Source: Spirochaetia bacterium (GTDB taxonomy: Bacteria > Spirochaetota > Spirochaetia > B11-G9). From it: 64,000 bases of DNA. The position numbers and the translations under genes are program-made. Below the pieces are notes generated by a model. It saw nothing but the letters and a program-made list of their open reading frames with translations. It was not told where the DNA came from and ran no database searches. The stretch is from the NCBI GenBank assembly GCA_027859095.1, contig JAQIBN010000006.1:18008-82007 (forward strand). Direction: 5' to 3'. The stretch's first letter is position 1. Every line of letters begins with the position of its first letter. This document shows positions 30,849 through 41,203 of this stretch, piece by piece.

Positions 30849-31604
30849 TTGAATATAAGCCTTTCAGAACGTGAAAAGAAAATACTTGATATCCTTACAG
30901 AAGATCAAAATCAAACAGTAAACTCCTTAAGTAAGGTATTTAATGTCTCCACCGTAACTATTAGAAGTGATCTGGGTTCATTGGAAGAAAAAGGTCTTAT
31001 AGTCCGTATGAGAGGTGGAGCCTTTCCAGCCTATCATCCAGCCATACTTGAAGGGCAGAAAAAGATGAGGGCTGAAAAAGAAAGAATAGCAAAAGCTGCT
31101 GCTGCAATGATAGAAGATGGTGATACTGTAATGATAAATGATGGTAGCACCTCTTCTCTAATACCAAGATATCTGCTGGGTAAAAGAGATATACACATTG
31201 TTACAAATTCTACCCTTGTATTTACCTATGCCAGAATAAACCCGGCTCTGAATTTAACCCTTGTAGGTGGTGAGTTCAGACCGTCAACTGAGGCAATAGT
31301 AGGACCTATGGCACTCCGGGATATTAAAGATTATCATGTGAAATATGCTTTTCTGGGTACAGGTGGATTTTCTCTCGAGACTGGCCTTACAACACACCTT
31401 GCAGAGGGAGCAGAGATCTTCAAAAAAATGACAGAACAGGCAGAGCAGGTTATTACTGTTACCGATTCCAGTAAGTATGGGAAAAATGGTTTTGTAAAAA
31501 TATTCCCCCTGGCCCGTATGGATAAAATAATTACAGATACGAGATTAGATAATGATATCTATGAGAAATTGATTGAATCCGGTTTAAGTGTTGAACTGGT
31601 ATAA
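30849..31604 (+). CDS. DeoR/GlpR family regulator (probable rhamnose-locus regulator)
   Basis: VSTVTIRSDL, KERIAKAAA, IVTNS, DSSKYG. Confidence 0.9.
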   Translation: MNISLSEREKKILDILTEDQNQTVNSLSKVFNVSTVTIRSDLGSLEEKGLIVRMRGGAFPAYHPAILEGQKKMRAEKERIAKAAAAMIEDGDTVMINDGSTSSLIPRYLLGKRDIHIVTNSTLVFTYARINPALNLTLVGGEFRPSTEAIVGPMALRDIKDYHVKYAFLGTGGFSLETGLTTHLAEGAEIFKKMTEQAEQVITVTDSSKYGKNGFVKIFPLARMDKIITDTRLDNDIYEKLIESGLSVELV

Positions 31605-31636
31605 ATAAATCTCACAACTGCTTGCAAGGAGATAAA

Positions 31637-33130
31637 ATGGATTACGCAATAGCTGTTCTTGATATAGGGAAAACCAATAAAAAACTGGTTATTTTTGATG
31701 AGAGTCTTAATCAAATTGATTCAATCTATTCTTCATTTCCTACAATCAAATTTAATGAACTGGATGTAGAGGACATTAATGGTATTGATTCCTGGTTTTT
31801 AGAGGGATTAAAAAAGATGGGTTCAAAATATCCTATAAAAGTGATTTCTGTAACCACCCATGGTGCAACCGGGGTATGTATTGATAAAAATGGAAAGCCT
31901 TCTGTTCCTGTTGTAGCATATACAAATGAAGTTGACGAAGCTTTCCACGATGAATTCTATAATGTTGTAGGGGCAAAGGATGAACTCCAGGTAAAAACTG
32001 CTACAGCAGAAGTAAAACCACTTATAAACTTTGCAAAATTACTCTACTTTTTAAAAAAACAATTCCCAATAGATTTTGAAAAAACAGAGAGCATACTGCT
32101 CTATCCCCAGTACTTCAGCTATATGCTAACAGGAAAAATATCTGCGGACTTTACCTATGCAGGTTGCCATAGCTATTTATGGGATTTCAAAGAATGGCGT
32201 TGGTCAGATGTTGCGGATAAACTGGGAATACTTTCTAAACTCCCTGCAAATGTAAACAGACCTGGAGATATTCTGGGAAAGATTTCAAATGTAATTGTAA
32301 AAAAAACAGGCCTAAATCCTGATACTATTGTAACAACAGGAATACACGACTCCAATTCATCACTCCTGCCATACCTGATAAATGGAGAAGAAAAATTTAT
32401 CCTTAACTCTACTGGTACATGGTGTGTAGTAATGCACCCCACCAAAGAACTCTCATTTACCAAAGAAGAGCTTGGGAAAATGGTCTTCTATAATATTTCC
32501 GCTAATAGAGATCTGGTTAAAACAGCTATTTTTATGGGGGGCCTGGAATTTGAAACCTATACAGATATCCTGAAAAAACTTCATAACAGATATGATTATC
32601 CAGAACTGGATATAAAGACAACAGAACAAATATTATTCGATAGAAAAAACTTTATACTGCCTGGAGTTGTCAAAGGAGCAGGCCAGTTTCCAGATTCTGA
32701 ACCAAGAATATTTGAAAATAACAGAGTTTACCATCTATCAGAACTGCAAAACGAAGATCACTTCCCTGAATTCTTTAATAATTATGAAAAAGCCTATCAT
32801 ATACTGGTTCTGTCACTTGTCATACAAACTAAAGTTGCGATAGAAAGAGTAAATGCTCCTTCAAATTCACCAATATATATCGAAGGGGGATTCCGGCATA
32901 ACAAGAGTTATATAAAACTAATTGCATCTATCTTTCCAAATAATCCTGTATATATTACAAATGTTTCTGAAGCAACCTCATTTGGAGCAGCACTTCTGGG
33001 AAAGGGCGCATATGAGGGAAAAGAAAATATGGAATTAAAGGAATTTGTAAATATTGATTCAAGGAGAATTGAGTCGGTCAAAATTGATGGTTTTAAGGGA
33101 TATTTTGATACATTTTTAAATAGATTATAA
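31637..33130 (+). CDS. FGGY family sugar kinase (rhamnulokinase-like)
   Basis: VLDIGKTNKK, TTHGA, GIHDSN, STGTW; rhamnose context. Confidence 0.8.
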   Translation: MDYAIAVLDIGKTNKKLVIFDESLNQIDSIYSSFPTIKFNELDVEDINGIDSWFLEGLKKMGSKYPIKVISVTTHGATGVCIDKNGKPSVPVVAYTNEVDEAFHDEFYNVVGAKDELQVKTATAEVKPLINFAKLLYFLKKQFPIDFEKTESILLYPQYFSYMLTGKISADFTYAGCHSYLWDFKEWRWSDVADKLGILSKLPANVNRPGDILGKISNVIVKKTGLNPDTIVTTGIHDSNSSLLPYLINGEEKFILNSTGTWCVVMHPTKELSFTKEELGKMVFYNISANRDLVKTAIFMGGLEFETYTDILKKLHNRYDYPELDIKTTEQILFDRKNFILPGVVKGAGQFPDSEPRIFENNRVYHLSELQNEDHFPEFFNNYEKAYHILVLSLVIQTKVAIERVNAPSNSPIYIEGGFRHNKSYIKLIASIFPNNPVYITNVSEATSFGAALLGKGAYEGKENMELKEFVNIDSRRIESVKIDGFKGYFDTFLNRL

Positions 33131-33205
33131 CCGTTTTGTAACTAAAGCATTAAAGTTAATTATGTTATGTAATTATTTTGCAAATAAGTGGACATTACCA
33201 ACACA

Positions 33206-33231
33206 AAGTATTACTATTACAAGTAATACTT
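33206..33231 (+). promoter_or_regulatory. Palindromic operator of AbrB-VapC module
   Basis: AAGTATTAC-N8-GTAATACTT just before the SD. Confidence 0.6.
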
Positions 33232-33249
33232 ATAACCGGAGGTAGCATT

Positions 33250-33477
33250 ATGAGAGTTACTACAAAAGGTCAGGTAACTATTCCTCAGCATATTCGAGAT
33301 AAACTTATAATAACTCCATCTACAGAAGTAGATTTTGTTGAGGAAAATAACCGTGTATACATAGTTAAAAGAAAGAATACAGAAAATGACAAAAGTATAT
33401 TTCGAAATTTAAGAGGAATATCTACAGTTAAAATGACCACAGAAGAAATTATGGCTTTAACCAGAGGAGAGAATTGA
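33250..33477 (+). CDS. AbrB/MazE/SpoVT family antitoxin
   Basis: MRVTTKGQVTIPQHIRDKL; GGAGG SD. Confidence 0.9.
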   Translation: MRVTTKGQVTIPQHIRDKLIITPSTEVDFVEENNRVYIVKRKNTENDKSIFRNLRGISTVKMTTEEIMALTRGEN

Positions 33478-33881
33478 TAGGCGTCCTGATCGACTCAAAT
33501 ATTATTTTAGATATTTTTCAAGATGATCCAATATGGGCTGACTGGTCTGAATCAATTTTAACAAAATACAGCTCCATAAATAAACTTTATATAAATCATA
33601 TAATATATACAGAAATCTCTGTTGGATTTGATAGAATAGAGGACTTAGAATTTGCACTTACCAAAGGAGGATTCCATATATTGGACATGCCAAAAGAAGC
33701 TCTCTTCCTGGCTGGAAAAGCTTTTCTAAAATATAGAAAATCTGGTATTGGTACAAAAAGATCTCCCCTACCTGATTTCTTCATTGGTGCTCAAGCTGCA
33801 GTACTTGGGCTGGAACTAATTACCAGGGATATATCTCGATATCGTACTTATTTTCCTTCTGTGAAGTTAATTAGCCCCTAA
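33474..33881 (+). CDS. vapC: VapC family PIN toxin
   Basis: LIDSNIILD, YTEIS, PDFFIGAQA, ITRD. Confidence 0.92.
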   Translation: MIGVLIDSNIILDIFQDDPIWADWSESILTKYSSINKLYINHIIYTEISVGFDRIEDLEFALTKGGFHILDMPKEALFLAGKAFLKYRKSGIGTKRSPLPDFFIGAQAAVLGLELITRDISRYRTYFPSVKLISP

Positions 33882-34572
33882 AATCAATCTTTTTAATTAT
33901 TTCCTTTACTACCTCTTTATAATTCTTAAGAGCCTCTTTGCCTGCAGGGTTCAATGTGTATATTCCCCTGCTGACTTTATCAAACCATCCATAGATATTT
34001 CCGGAAAGTATCTGTTGGGTTTTCACTCCACCTCCTAATTTTACAATAGAGATTGGAGACATATTCCCATTTTTATTTAATAACCATGCACAAATTAAGG
34101 CTTGTTGTTTATAAGCACTTATTCGTTGATCTCTGGTAGCACTGCCTGCCTTATTAAACTCCGAATATCTCCCATCAATTTCCCTGATTATAGCAGTTCG
34201 TCTTTTTGATGCTTTTCTTGGATTAAATTTACCTGGGTGAGAGATAACTTCCACCCTGGTTTTAGTTTTTAAAAACCTAACCAATATTAACCCAACTTCC
34301 AAACGGTATAATAATTTTTTAACTTCTTTTAATTTTGGAATACTTTTTTTCCCGGGCAAAACCGGAACTGCAACATAAACTGATTCTGTCAGATTTTTTC
34401 TGTTTACAGCCTGATAAACAAGATCCAGAGAAAATCTGGTTTTTAATTCAATAATGAGTAGTTCATCATCTTTACGAGCAACAATATCACAGTTTTTTAC
34501 TTCGCAGGAAACAGTGTAACCTTGCTTTCCCAACCAGAGACTCAAAGGCTCAGACAGTTCAGTTTCTTTCAT
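33871..34572 (-). CDS. DUF2161 family putative PD-(D/E)XK nuclease/phosphodiesterase
   Basis: EVKNCDIVA...IIELK, YQA, AYKQQAL, NIYGWF..RGIY. Confidence 0.85.
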   Translation of the reverse strand: MKETELSEPLSLWLGKQGYTVSCEVKNCDIVARKDDELLIIELKTRFSLDLVYQAVNRKNLTESVYVAVPVLPGKKSIPKLKEVKKLLYRLEVGLILVRFLKTKTRVEVISHPGKFNPRKASKRRTAIIREIDGRYSEFNKAGSATRDQRISAYKQQALICAWLLNKNGNMSPISIVKLGGGVKTQQILSGNIYGWFDKVSRGIYTLNPAGKEALKNYKEVVKEIIKKIDFRG

Positions 34573-34575
34573 AAT

Positions 34576-34977
34576 TCAATTTATAGAAAAAGGATTTACT
34601 ACAGCTATACCAAAATGCTGAAAATCTTTTATATTTCGGGTAGCAAGAATTAAACCATAATCGTGTGCTGTTGCTGCAATTAACGAATCTGCCATGGTGA
34701 CAATTTTCCCGGATTCTGCCAGATTTCCCCGTTTCTCACCACTCCAGAAAGAAATCTTATCTGTAATTTCCAGCACTGTAGCCTTATCTGCTGAAAACTG
34801 CTTAAACCAGGTTAACTTTTGAATTAGATTTTTCCTGGAAAGACCATAATATATTTCTTCTATGGTAATAACACTAAAAAATATTTCTTCCTGCCTGGAA
34901 AACCACTCAACAACACCTTTGTTTGGTGCCTTTTTCATAATTTCACTTATAATATTGGTATCAACTAAATACTGCAT
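34576..34977 (-). CDS. vapC: VapC family PIN toxin
   Basis: YLVDTNIISE, SVITIEE, DSLIAATA, TRNIKDF. Confidence 0.92.
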   Translation of the reverse strand: MQYLVDTNIISEIMKKAPNKGVVEWFSRQEEIFFSVITIEEIYYGLSRKNLIQKLTWFKQFSADKATVLEITDKISFWSGEKRGNLAESGKIVTMADSLIAATAHDYGLILATRNIKDFQHFGIAVVNPFSIN

Positions 34978-34978
34978 A

Positions 34979-35242
34979 TTATTCCCAGTCTGGTTGTTCT
35001 CTATCAACACGTTCTATTTCGGTCATCTCTCCTTCTATCTCATTGATAGATTTAAGCTCATATAACCAATTTTCAAGTGATTTTTTTTCATGTAAAGTTT
35101 TCGAGTTTAGATAATCCTCATAGGATATAACAACACCAACAGGGTTCCCTCTGCGTATCACTAATTGAGGTTCTATTTTCACAGCATCAATTATTTGAGA
35201 GAAATGTTGTTTCGCCTTTGTTGCCTGCCAGGTTTTCATCAT
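34979..35242 (-). CDS. Phd/YefM family antitoxin
   Basis: WQATKAKQHFSQII...PQLVIRRGNPVGVVISYEDY. Confidence 0.9.
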   Translation of the reverse strand: MMKTWQATKAKQHFSQIIDAVKIEPQLVIRRGNPVGVVISYEDYLNSKTLHEKKSLENWLYELKSINEIEGEMTEIERVDREQPDWE

Positions 35243-35250
35243 AAACCTCC

Positions 35251-35278
35251 TGATCATTTATATTGATCATATGATCAT
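35251..35278 (-). promoter_or_regulatory. TGATCA repeats/palindrome, probable Phd operator
   Basis: Three TGATCA copies including ATGATCATATGATCA immediately upstream of the SD. Confidence 0.55.
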
Positions 35279-35324
35279 GTTTTATAACTAATATACCCTA
35301 TTACTTTGAAAAATACAATTATAA

Positions 35325-36473
35325 TTAACCATTCTCTGACAACTTAGCCCTGTACTTCTCTACTTCCCAGGTATTGATAAAATTCACCTTTTCTTCGCTC
35401 ATAAACTTGGGACCACCAAAGTAATGGGATATCCTGATAACCCGTATTGCATCCAGCATTAGCATTCTGGCAGTTTCTGAACCCTTTTTACTGTTTCCAA
35501 GAGAAATAAAACCCTTTCCTAAAATTAAAATGGATTTTGGTTCTTTTCCCCATTTATCAGTAAAATCTATGTAGTCCTTTGCTATTAGTTTAAAAAGCTG
35601 ATCTTCAGATAAATCATCACAAATCAGAGGAGTATGTCCCATATAAACAATATGGTCGGGGCTTAAAGACTGCTTTAGATTTACAATCGTTTCTCTGGAT
35701 TCAAGTAAAGATCTTATCTCTTTGCCAGTTGAGAATAAGGCGTCACCTTTAGAGCCGGCAAGTTTACCCACCTTTTGAAGAAAACTTTCTGATATTGATT
35801 TCTGAGCATCTATTCCAACTGCATCACTATTAGCACATACTTTCTTTAGAGTATTAAAAAGATCTTTATACTTTCTATCAACTTCTTTTGATCCATTACC
35901 CCAAAGAAATACACCATGATTTGCCAGAAAAATATAGTCCGGTAGTTTTTCATAATGGCTATTCATCCACCTGGACATTTCATCATCAATAGTTTTTGCA
36001 AGAATATAACCGGGATCAACAAGTGGAATCCAGATACAATTATCAGGGAAAAGGTTTTCAGCCATTTTTTTTCCATCTTTTGAGCAGGTCATACCATTTA
36101 CAAGTGCAGGATGAGTATGAACAACATATTTGTCCGGAATAATTGCATGGAGTAGAGATTCTACACTTGGCCGCCCTTCCTGCCCGGGAAGACGGGAGTT
36201 CATAAGATCCTGTAATGCCCGTTCTTCCCTCTCTTCTCTTTTATCCGGATACTTTGTAGTACGGATAGTTCTAAGCTTATCCATACTAAGAGTGACAAAA
36301 CCATCTTTGGTAATGCTACCAAGCTCGGTTCCTGATGCCTTTACTGCCATTAATTCATCCGACTTCCAGGAAGTATTCCCTCCCCCGGCAAGGACATAAT
36401 CAGAGTCAGCACCATACTTATGAGAAAGGGAAATAAGTTCTTTCATATTTAATTCAGGTATAAGAGCTTTCAT
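35325..36473 (-). CDS. Class II aldolase/adducin family (rhamnulose-1-phosphate aldolase-like)
   Basis: GGGNTS, KASG, PSVESLLH, HTHP, NHG; coupled to rhaA. Confidence 0.8.
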   Translation of the reverse strand: MKALIPELNMKELISLSHKYGADSDYVLAGGGNTSWKSDELMAVKASGTELGSITKDGFVTLSMDKLRTIRTTKYPDKREEREERALQDLMNSRLPGQEGRPSVESLLHAIIPDKYVVHTHPALVNGMTCSKDGKKMAENLFPDNCIWIPLVDPGYILAKTIDDEMSRWMNSHYEKLPDYIFLANHGVFLWGNGSKEVDRKYKDLFNTLKKVCANSDAVGIDAQKSISESFLQKVGKLAGSKGDALFSTGKEIRSLLESRETIVNLKQSLSPDHIVYMGHTPLICDDLSEDQLFKLIAKDYIDFTDKWGKEPKSILILGKGFISLGNSKKGSETARMLMLDAIRVIRISHYFGGPKFMSEEKVNFINTWEVEKYRAKLSENG

Positions 36474-37738
36474 TACACCCTCCTGGAAAGAACATCATTC
36501 TCGTATTTCATAACATCATCTATAAGATATTTATCTGTTGGTACACCTGAAGTCTCACAGTAATAGTTCCAAATATCACCTACTGGCATAAGTTTTAATT
36601 CTTCTATTAGTGCAAGCCTTGCAAATGCATTTCCATCTTCATCAAATTTATTCAATACTTGTTGTGGTTCGAGGAGTCCAAGAAGAAGGCCTTTTAATGT
36701 TGATCGGGCGCCAATAGCATATGCCCCAATCCTGTTCATGGTTCCATCAAAAAAGTCCAGACCAATATGGGTTTTTTCCAATTTATCACATCGAATTATC
36801 TCTTCTGTTAAATACCGAACGTCATCGTTAAGAATAACAACATGATCACTGTCCCAACGAACAGGCCGGCTAACATGCAGAAGAAGTTCATCAAAGAAAA
36901 GATACATTGCTGAAAGCTTATCTGCTATTAGTTCTGTGGGGTGAAAATGTCCAAGATCCAGAGTTGCTATTTTATTGTTTTTAAGAGCATAACCCATATA
37001 AAACTCATGAGATCCAACAACAAAAGATTCACTTCCAATACCAAAGAGTTTTGTCTCCACTGCATCCTTCATTTCTTTTGAAGATATATCTTTAAAATAC
37101 ATTTCATCCAGGGAATCTTTTAATATTGAACGATATTTTAATCGATTAACAGGCAGATCCTTCATACCATCAGGAATCCATGTATTTAATATTGATGGAT
37201 CATTCTGAGCCCGCCCCATAGCAGCTGCTATTTTCCTGCTTCTTTTCCCATGTTCAATCCAAAAGTCACGAATACTCTTATCAGGATTGGAAAGTGTAAA
37301 TCCGGAAGCTGCTTTTGGATGAGAGAAAAACGTCCCATTAAAATCTAGTTTTACATTTTTCTTTTTTGACCAGTCCATCCAACCCATAAAATGTTCCGGC
37401 TCTACCTCATCACGGTCTACCTTCTTTCCATTAAACTCACCATAGATGGCATGAAGGCTTAATCTGTGTTTTCCGGGTAACAGAGAATAAGCTTTATCAA
37501 GATCAGCTCGCATCTCTGTAAGATTTCGTGATTTTCCAGGATAATTTCCAGTGACCTGAATACCACCACCTGACAACTCAGCATCTGGAGTCTCAAAGCC
37601 ACCAACATCATCAGTCTGCCAGCAGTGGAGGGATAATGAGATTTTCTTAAGTTTTTCCAGGGCTTTATCTGTATCTACACCAAGTGCAGCATATCTTTCT
37701 TTCGCATTATTATATTGATCTATTATACTCATTTTCAC
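36473..37738 (-). CDS. rhaA: L-rhamnose isomerase
   Basis: SLHCWQTDD, TGNYPGK, WIPDG, KLFGIGSE, GHFHPTE, HVSRPVRWDSDHV. Confidence 0.95.
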   Translation of the reverse strand: MKMSIIDQYNNAKERYAALGVDTDKALEKLKKISLSLHCWQTDDVGGFETPDAELSGGGIQVTGNYPGKSRNLTEMRADLDKAYSLLPGKHRLSLHAIYGEFNGKKVDRDEVEPEHFMGWMDWSKKKNVKLDFNGTFFSHPKAASGFTLSNPDKSIRDFWIEHGKRSRKIAAAMGRAQNDPSILNTWIPDGMKDLPVNRLKYRSILKDSLDEMYFKDISSKEMKDAVETKLFGIGSESFVVGSHEFYMGYALKNNKIATLDLGHFHPTELIADKLSAMYLFFDELLLHVSRPVRWDSDHVVILNDDVRYLTEEIIRCDKLEKTHIGLDFFDGTMNRIGAYAIGARSTLKGLLLGLLEPQQVLNKFDEDGNAFARLALIEELKLMPVGDIWNYYCETSGVPTDKYLIDDVMKYENDVLSRRV

Positions 37739-37849
37739 TCCAAATAAAAAACTTCATCCATCGATATATTATTGATGATTAATCTAAAATTGTATCCTTC
37801 ATAGTAAGCAGAAATGACCCTTCTTTCTATACTTTTCACCTTTAACCAG

Positions 37850-39019
37850 CTAGGTATAGAAGCTAAACTCGTATGCAGCATCGTAGAGTGCTACAATATT
37901 CTCGGGAGGGACTCCGAACTGAATATTGTGGACATTATTAAAAACGTAAGCACCTCCTGGCTTCAGGAGTTCCAAATTGCTCTGAACCTGGCTTCGAATC
38001 TCTTGCGGTGAAGCGAATGGTAAGGTGTGCTGGGAATCAATACCTCCTCCCCAAAAAACCAACTGTTCACCAAAGTTTTCCTTGAGGCTACCCGGTTCCA
38101 TATCCCTTGCACTAATCTGGACAGGATTCAAAATATCAATTCCATTATCAATAAGATCCGGTATAAACGCTCTACAGGAACCACAGGTGTGATACCAAAT
38201 TTTAGCATTTGTCAGAGATTTAATATGCTGCACAAGTTTTTTCTGCCTGGGTTTCACAGTGTTACGGTAAAATTCAGGCGAAAACAAAGGACCATACTGT
38301 CCAGCCAAATCGTCTCCAATCATCACAACATCCACAAGATCACCAATCTCACTCAGGAACCCGGTTTCGAAATCTAGCCAGTATTGTAATACCTTATCAA
38401 GCAGTATTCCACAAAATGCAGGATTCTCTATTGTATCCATAAACCAGCGTTCAAGACCTCTCATATACCAACAAATCTCATATACAACACCGCTGATTGA
38501 GGTGCATATCCCATAGGGGGTATCCTGTCGAAGCCGCAATGCTTCTTCTCTCAGTCCTGTAAATCTGGTCGGGTCGTTTCCCGAGGGAAAAGGATAGTCT
38601 TCTAAATCGGGAATTGTGGCATCTGCCAAAGGATGATGGCTGATATCCATAAAAAGCTGCTGCTCTTCCGGCATGGACCAGATTACTCCGAACTCATCCT
38701 TCAAATCATTCCAAACCTGACCATTCCGTTCTGTCTTCTCAATCTTCCCGGTATAACTTTCGGGACTATGAGCGCCGATATAGCGTGTGTCAATATGAAA
38801 GCGTTCCAATATCTGTTCGGAGGGTTTAGCAAGCTGCTGTACTGGATCCAATATCTGTATTTCTTCATTCATTCCGAGATATTCAAGAAGTTCAGCATAG
38901 ACCCTTCTGTGAATCCCCGTTTGGAATCCACCTAAATCCAAAGGTATTCGATCAGGAATTTGGTGGTTTAGGGTTTTTTGCAAACGTTCCCGGGAGATAA
39001 GTGTTTCCATTCCTATCAT
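37850..39019 (-). CDS. Uroporphyrinogen decarboxylase-like / MtaA-CmuA family Zn enzyme
   Basis: PDRIPLDLGG, GDDLAGQ, YHTCG (H-x-C), DILNPVQ, WGGGID, HNIQ. Confidence 0.85.
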   Translation of the reverse strand: MIGMETLISRERLQKTLNHQIPDRIPLDLGGFQTGIHRRVYAELLEYLGMNEEIQILDPVQQLAKPSEQILERFHIDTRYIGAHSPESYTGKIEKTERNGQVWNDLKDEFGVIWSMPEEQQLFMDISHHPLADATIPDLEDYPFPSGNDPTRFTGLREEALRLRQDTPYGICTSISGVVYEICWYMRGLERWFMDTIENPAFCGILLDKVLQYWLDFETGFLSEIGDLVDVVMIGDDLAGQYGPLFSPEFYRNTVKPRQKKLVQHIKSLTNAKIWYHTCGSCRAFIPDLIDNGIDILNPVQISARDMEPGSLKENFGEQLVFWGGGIDSQHTLPFASPQEIRSQVQSNLELLKPGGAYVFNNVHNIQFGVPPENIVALYDAAYEFSFYT

Positions 39020-39049
39020 AGATATACCTCTCTGTATCATAAAATCAGA

Positions 39050-39084
39050 ACTGACCGACCAATCAGGATGAAAGGTCGATCAGT
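39050..39084 (-). other. Intergenic stem-loop after rhaS
   Basis: 11-bp IR with one G-U pair on the minus strand; no immediate U-run. Confidence 0.5.
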
Positions 39085-39102
39085 ATCCGGTACATTATTG
39101 AT

Positions 39103-40131
39103 TTAATAAACAGTTTTCCATTCAGCGATATTTGAAGGTTCGAACTTAAATGGAGCACCAAGCATAACCTGAGTACCACCATCTTCAGATTTAATGACTT
39201 CAAAATTACCTAAGCGGCCGGCTGAGAATTTATCACCAGCCTTGCCTGTGATACTACCTTTCGTTGCAGCTGTTGCAGCAAAGGCTGTAAGATAACCAAC
39301 ATCAATCGGATTCCACAGGAACATATATGGACAGGATTTATTTACAATATATTCTGCCATCTCTGAAGGAAGACCAAGACCAGTTACAAATACTTTACCA
39401 ATTAGACCTCGGTCAGTAATGACACGACCAGCTGCTGCAATACCAACAGTGGTTGGAGCAATAACTACCTTAAGGTTGGGGAAGCTCTGTAGAAGGGCTT
39501 CCATTTCACTTACCGATTTATCACGGAGGTCGTCACCATAAGCAGTTCTGACCAGTTTAAGGTTTGCATATTTTCCTGCATTCTCAGCTAATTCCTTTTT
39601 CATCCATTCGATCCAAAGGTTCTGATTGGAAGCCTGGCTGGTAGCTGATAAAATGGCAATGTCCCCATTTCCACCGGCTATGTCGTAAGCAGCCTGTATT
39701 AGTGTACGTCCGATCAGCTCCGGGTCTGCCTGATTAATATGTGTTAATCGGCTTGCAGGATTAACTGCTGAGTCAGCAGACAGAACCTTAACTCCGGCCT
39801 CCATGGCTTTATTAAGAACGGGTTCCAGTGCATCAAAATCATTTCCGGTAATACTAATTGAAGCAACTTTCTGAGTTATAAGTTGTTCAATTATCTGAAT
39901 TTGGGCTTCCGCTGTTGGCTGATCCGGAGCACGGGTAATGGCTTCAAAACCCTGTTCTTCTATACCCTCAGTGAATCCCTGCATTTGCTTATCCCCGTAA
40001 GGATTTCCGGTATTCTTAAAGATAAATGCATGACGTTCCACACTGGATTCCTTAGAACCTCCTGCGAAAAGTGTAGAAATTGGAGCAAGAACAATAAGAA
40101 TTACCAGTAGCACAAACAATGTCTTTTTCAT
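39103..40131 (-). CDS. rhaS: Rhamnose ABC substrate-binding protein
   Basis: KNTGNPY, AEAQIQII, ASNQNLWI, YGDD, PTTVGI, TGLGLPSEM, LWNPIDVGY. Confidence 0.88.
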   Translation of the reverse strand: MKKTLFVLLVILIVLAPISTLFAGGSKESSVERHAFIFKNTGNPYGDKQMQGFTEGIEEQGFEAITRAPDQPTAEAQIQIIEQLITQKVASISITGNDFDALEPVLNKAMEAGVKVLSADSAVNPASRLTHINQADPELIGRTLIQAAYDIAGGNGDIAILSATSQASNQNLWIEWMKKELAENAGKYANLKLVRTAYGDDLRDKSVSEMEALLQSFPNLKVVIAPTTVGIAAAGRVITDRGLIGKVFVTGLGLPSEMAEYIVNKSCPYMFLWNPIDVGYLTAFAATAATKGSITGKAGDKFSAGRLGNFEVIKSEDGGTQVMLGAPFKFEPSNIAEWKTVY

Positions 40132-40171
40132 AAAGACCTCCTAAAAACATTACTCAGCCTTCATAGCAACG

Positions 40172-41203
40172 CTACACAGCTGAATTTTTCCTGGAAACAG
40201 AAAATCTGATCCTAATCGCCAGGACCGAAAAAATCAGAAGTAAACCTATAACAACAAGTACAACGGGAGCCTGTAAATTTGCCAGCCCCATGCCATAACT
40301 CAAATACCCAATAATATAAACTGCCAGAATCGGCCCAGCAATACGACCGACACCCCCACTGGTGCTTACACCCCCCAATGCCACCATTGCAATGACTTCC
40401 AGCTCATAACCCATAGCAACATTTGGTCTGGTACTGCCCATACGTGATGTAAGAAAAACTGCAGTGACTCCCGACATTAGACCAGCCAGAGTAAAGACAA
40501 TCATCGTTACTCTGTTTACTTTTATTCCAGAGTATTCACAGGTCATTTTATTGAAACCCATCCCTGATACTATACGACCGAAACTTGTCTTATGGAGAAG
40601 CAAACCGAAAATAACAGCCGTAATTATGAAACAGATCACAATAAAAGGAACACCAAGAATGGATCCCCAACCCAGAAATGAAAACCACTTTGGAAAGCCA
40701 CCGGAAGCCTGATCCCCAAGCAGAATGTAGGCGATACCCCTGTATATGATCATTGTGGATAGAGTAATGATTACAAAGGACAGCTCCTTAAACTTAACCA
40801 TCAGTAGGCCGTTGATTGCCCCTCCCAAAGATCCTGTTATAAGACACAGAAGAATGGCCAGAGGCATGGGAAGTCCCATATTATATGAAACAGCCATTAT
40901 AACTGCCGAAACAGCCACAGTAGATGCGACAGAGATGTCGATCCTGCCCAACATAATGACAAACATCATGGGAAAAACTATAAACGCCTTATCCAGGAAG
41001 GTTGCCGGAGTACTGATAAAGGTATTCAATGATAGAAAATATGGAGACAAAAGAGAGTTAATTAGTATTACCAGTAACAGAACTATCACTAAAAGCCACT
41101 CCCATTGGAAGAAAAATCTCTTCCAGCTCCAGGGGCGGTCTATACGGATTTTCAAGTCCTCATTTGGTTTAGTATTCATTCTATTCTCCACAATTTCGCT
41201 CAT
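40172..41203 (-). CDS. Rhamnose-type ABC permease (RhaQ-like)
   Basis: IDISVAS, YRGIAY, GYELEVIAMVALGGVS. Confidence 0.85.
   Translation of the reverse strand: MSEIVENRMNTKPNEDLKIRIDRPWSWKRFFFQWEWLLVIVLLLVILINSLLSPYFLSLNTFISTPATFLDKAFIVFPMMFVIMLGRIDISVASTVAVSAVIMAVSYNMGLPMPLAILLCLITGSLGGAINGLLMVKFKELSFVIITLSTMIIYRGIAYILLGDQASGGFPKWFSFLGWGSILGVPFIVICFIITAVIFGLLLHKTSFGRIVSGMGFNKMTCEYSGIKVNRVTMIVFTLAGLMSGVTAVFLTSRMGSTRPNVAMGYELEVIAMVALGGVSTSGGVGRIAGPILAVYIIGYLSYGMGLANLQAPVVLVVIGLLLIFSVLAIRIRFSVSRKNSAV

Noticed and set aside
37850..39019. True HemE for heme synthesis
   Set aside because: Lacks the RQAGR motif, has H-x-C, and has no hem neighbours
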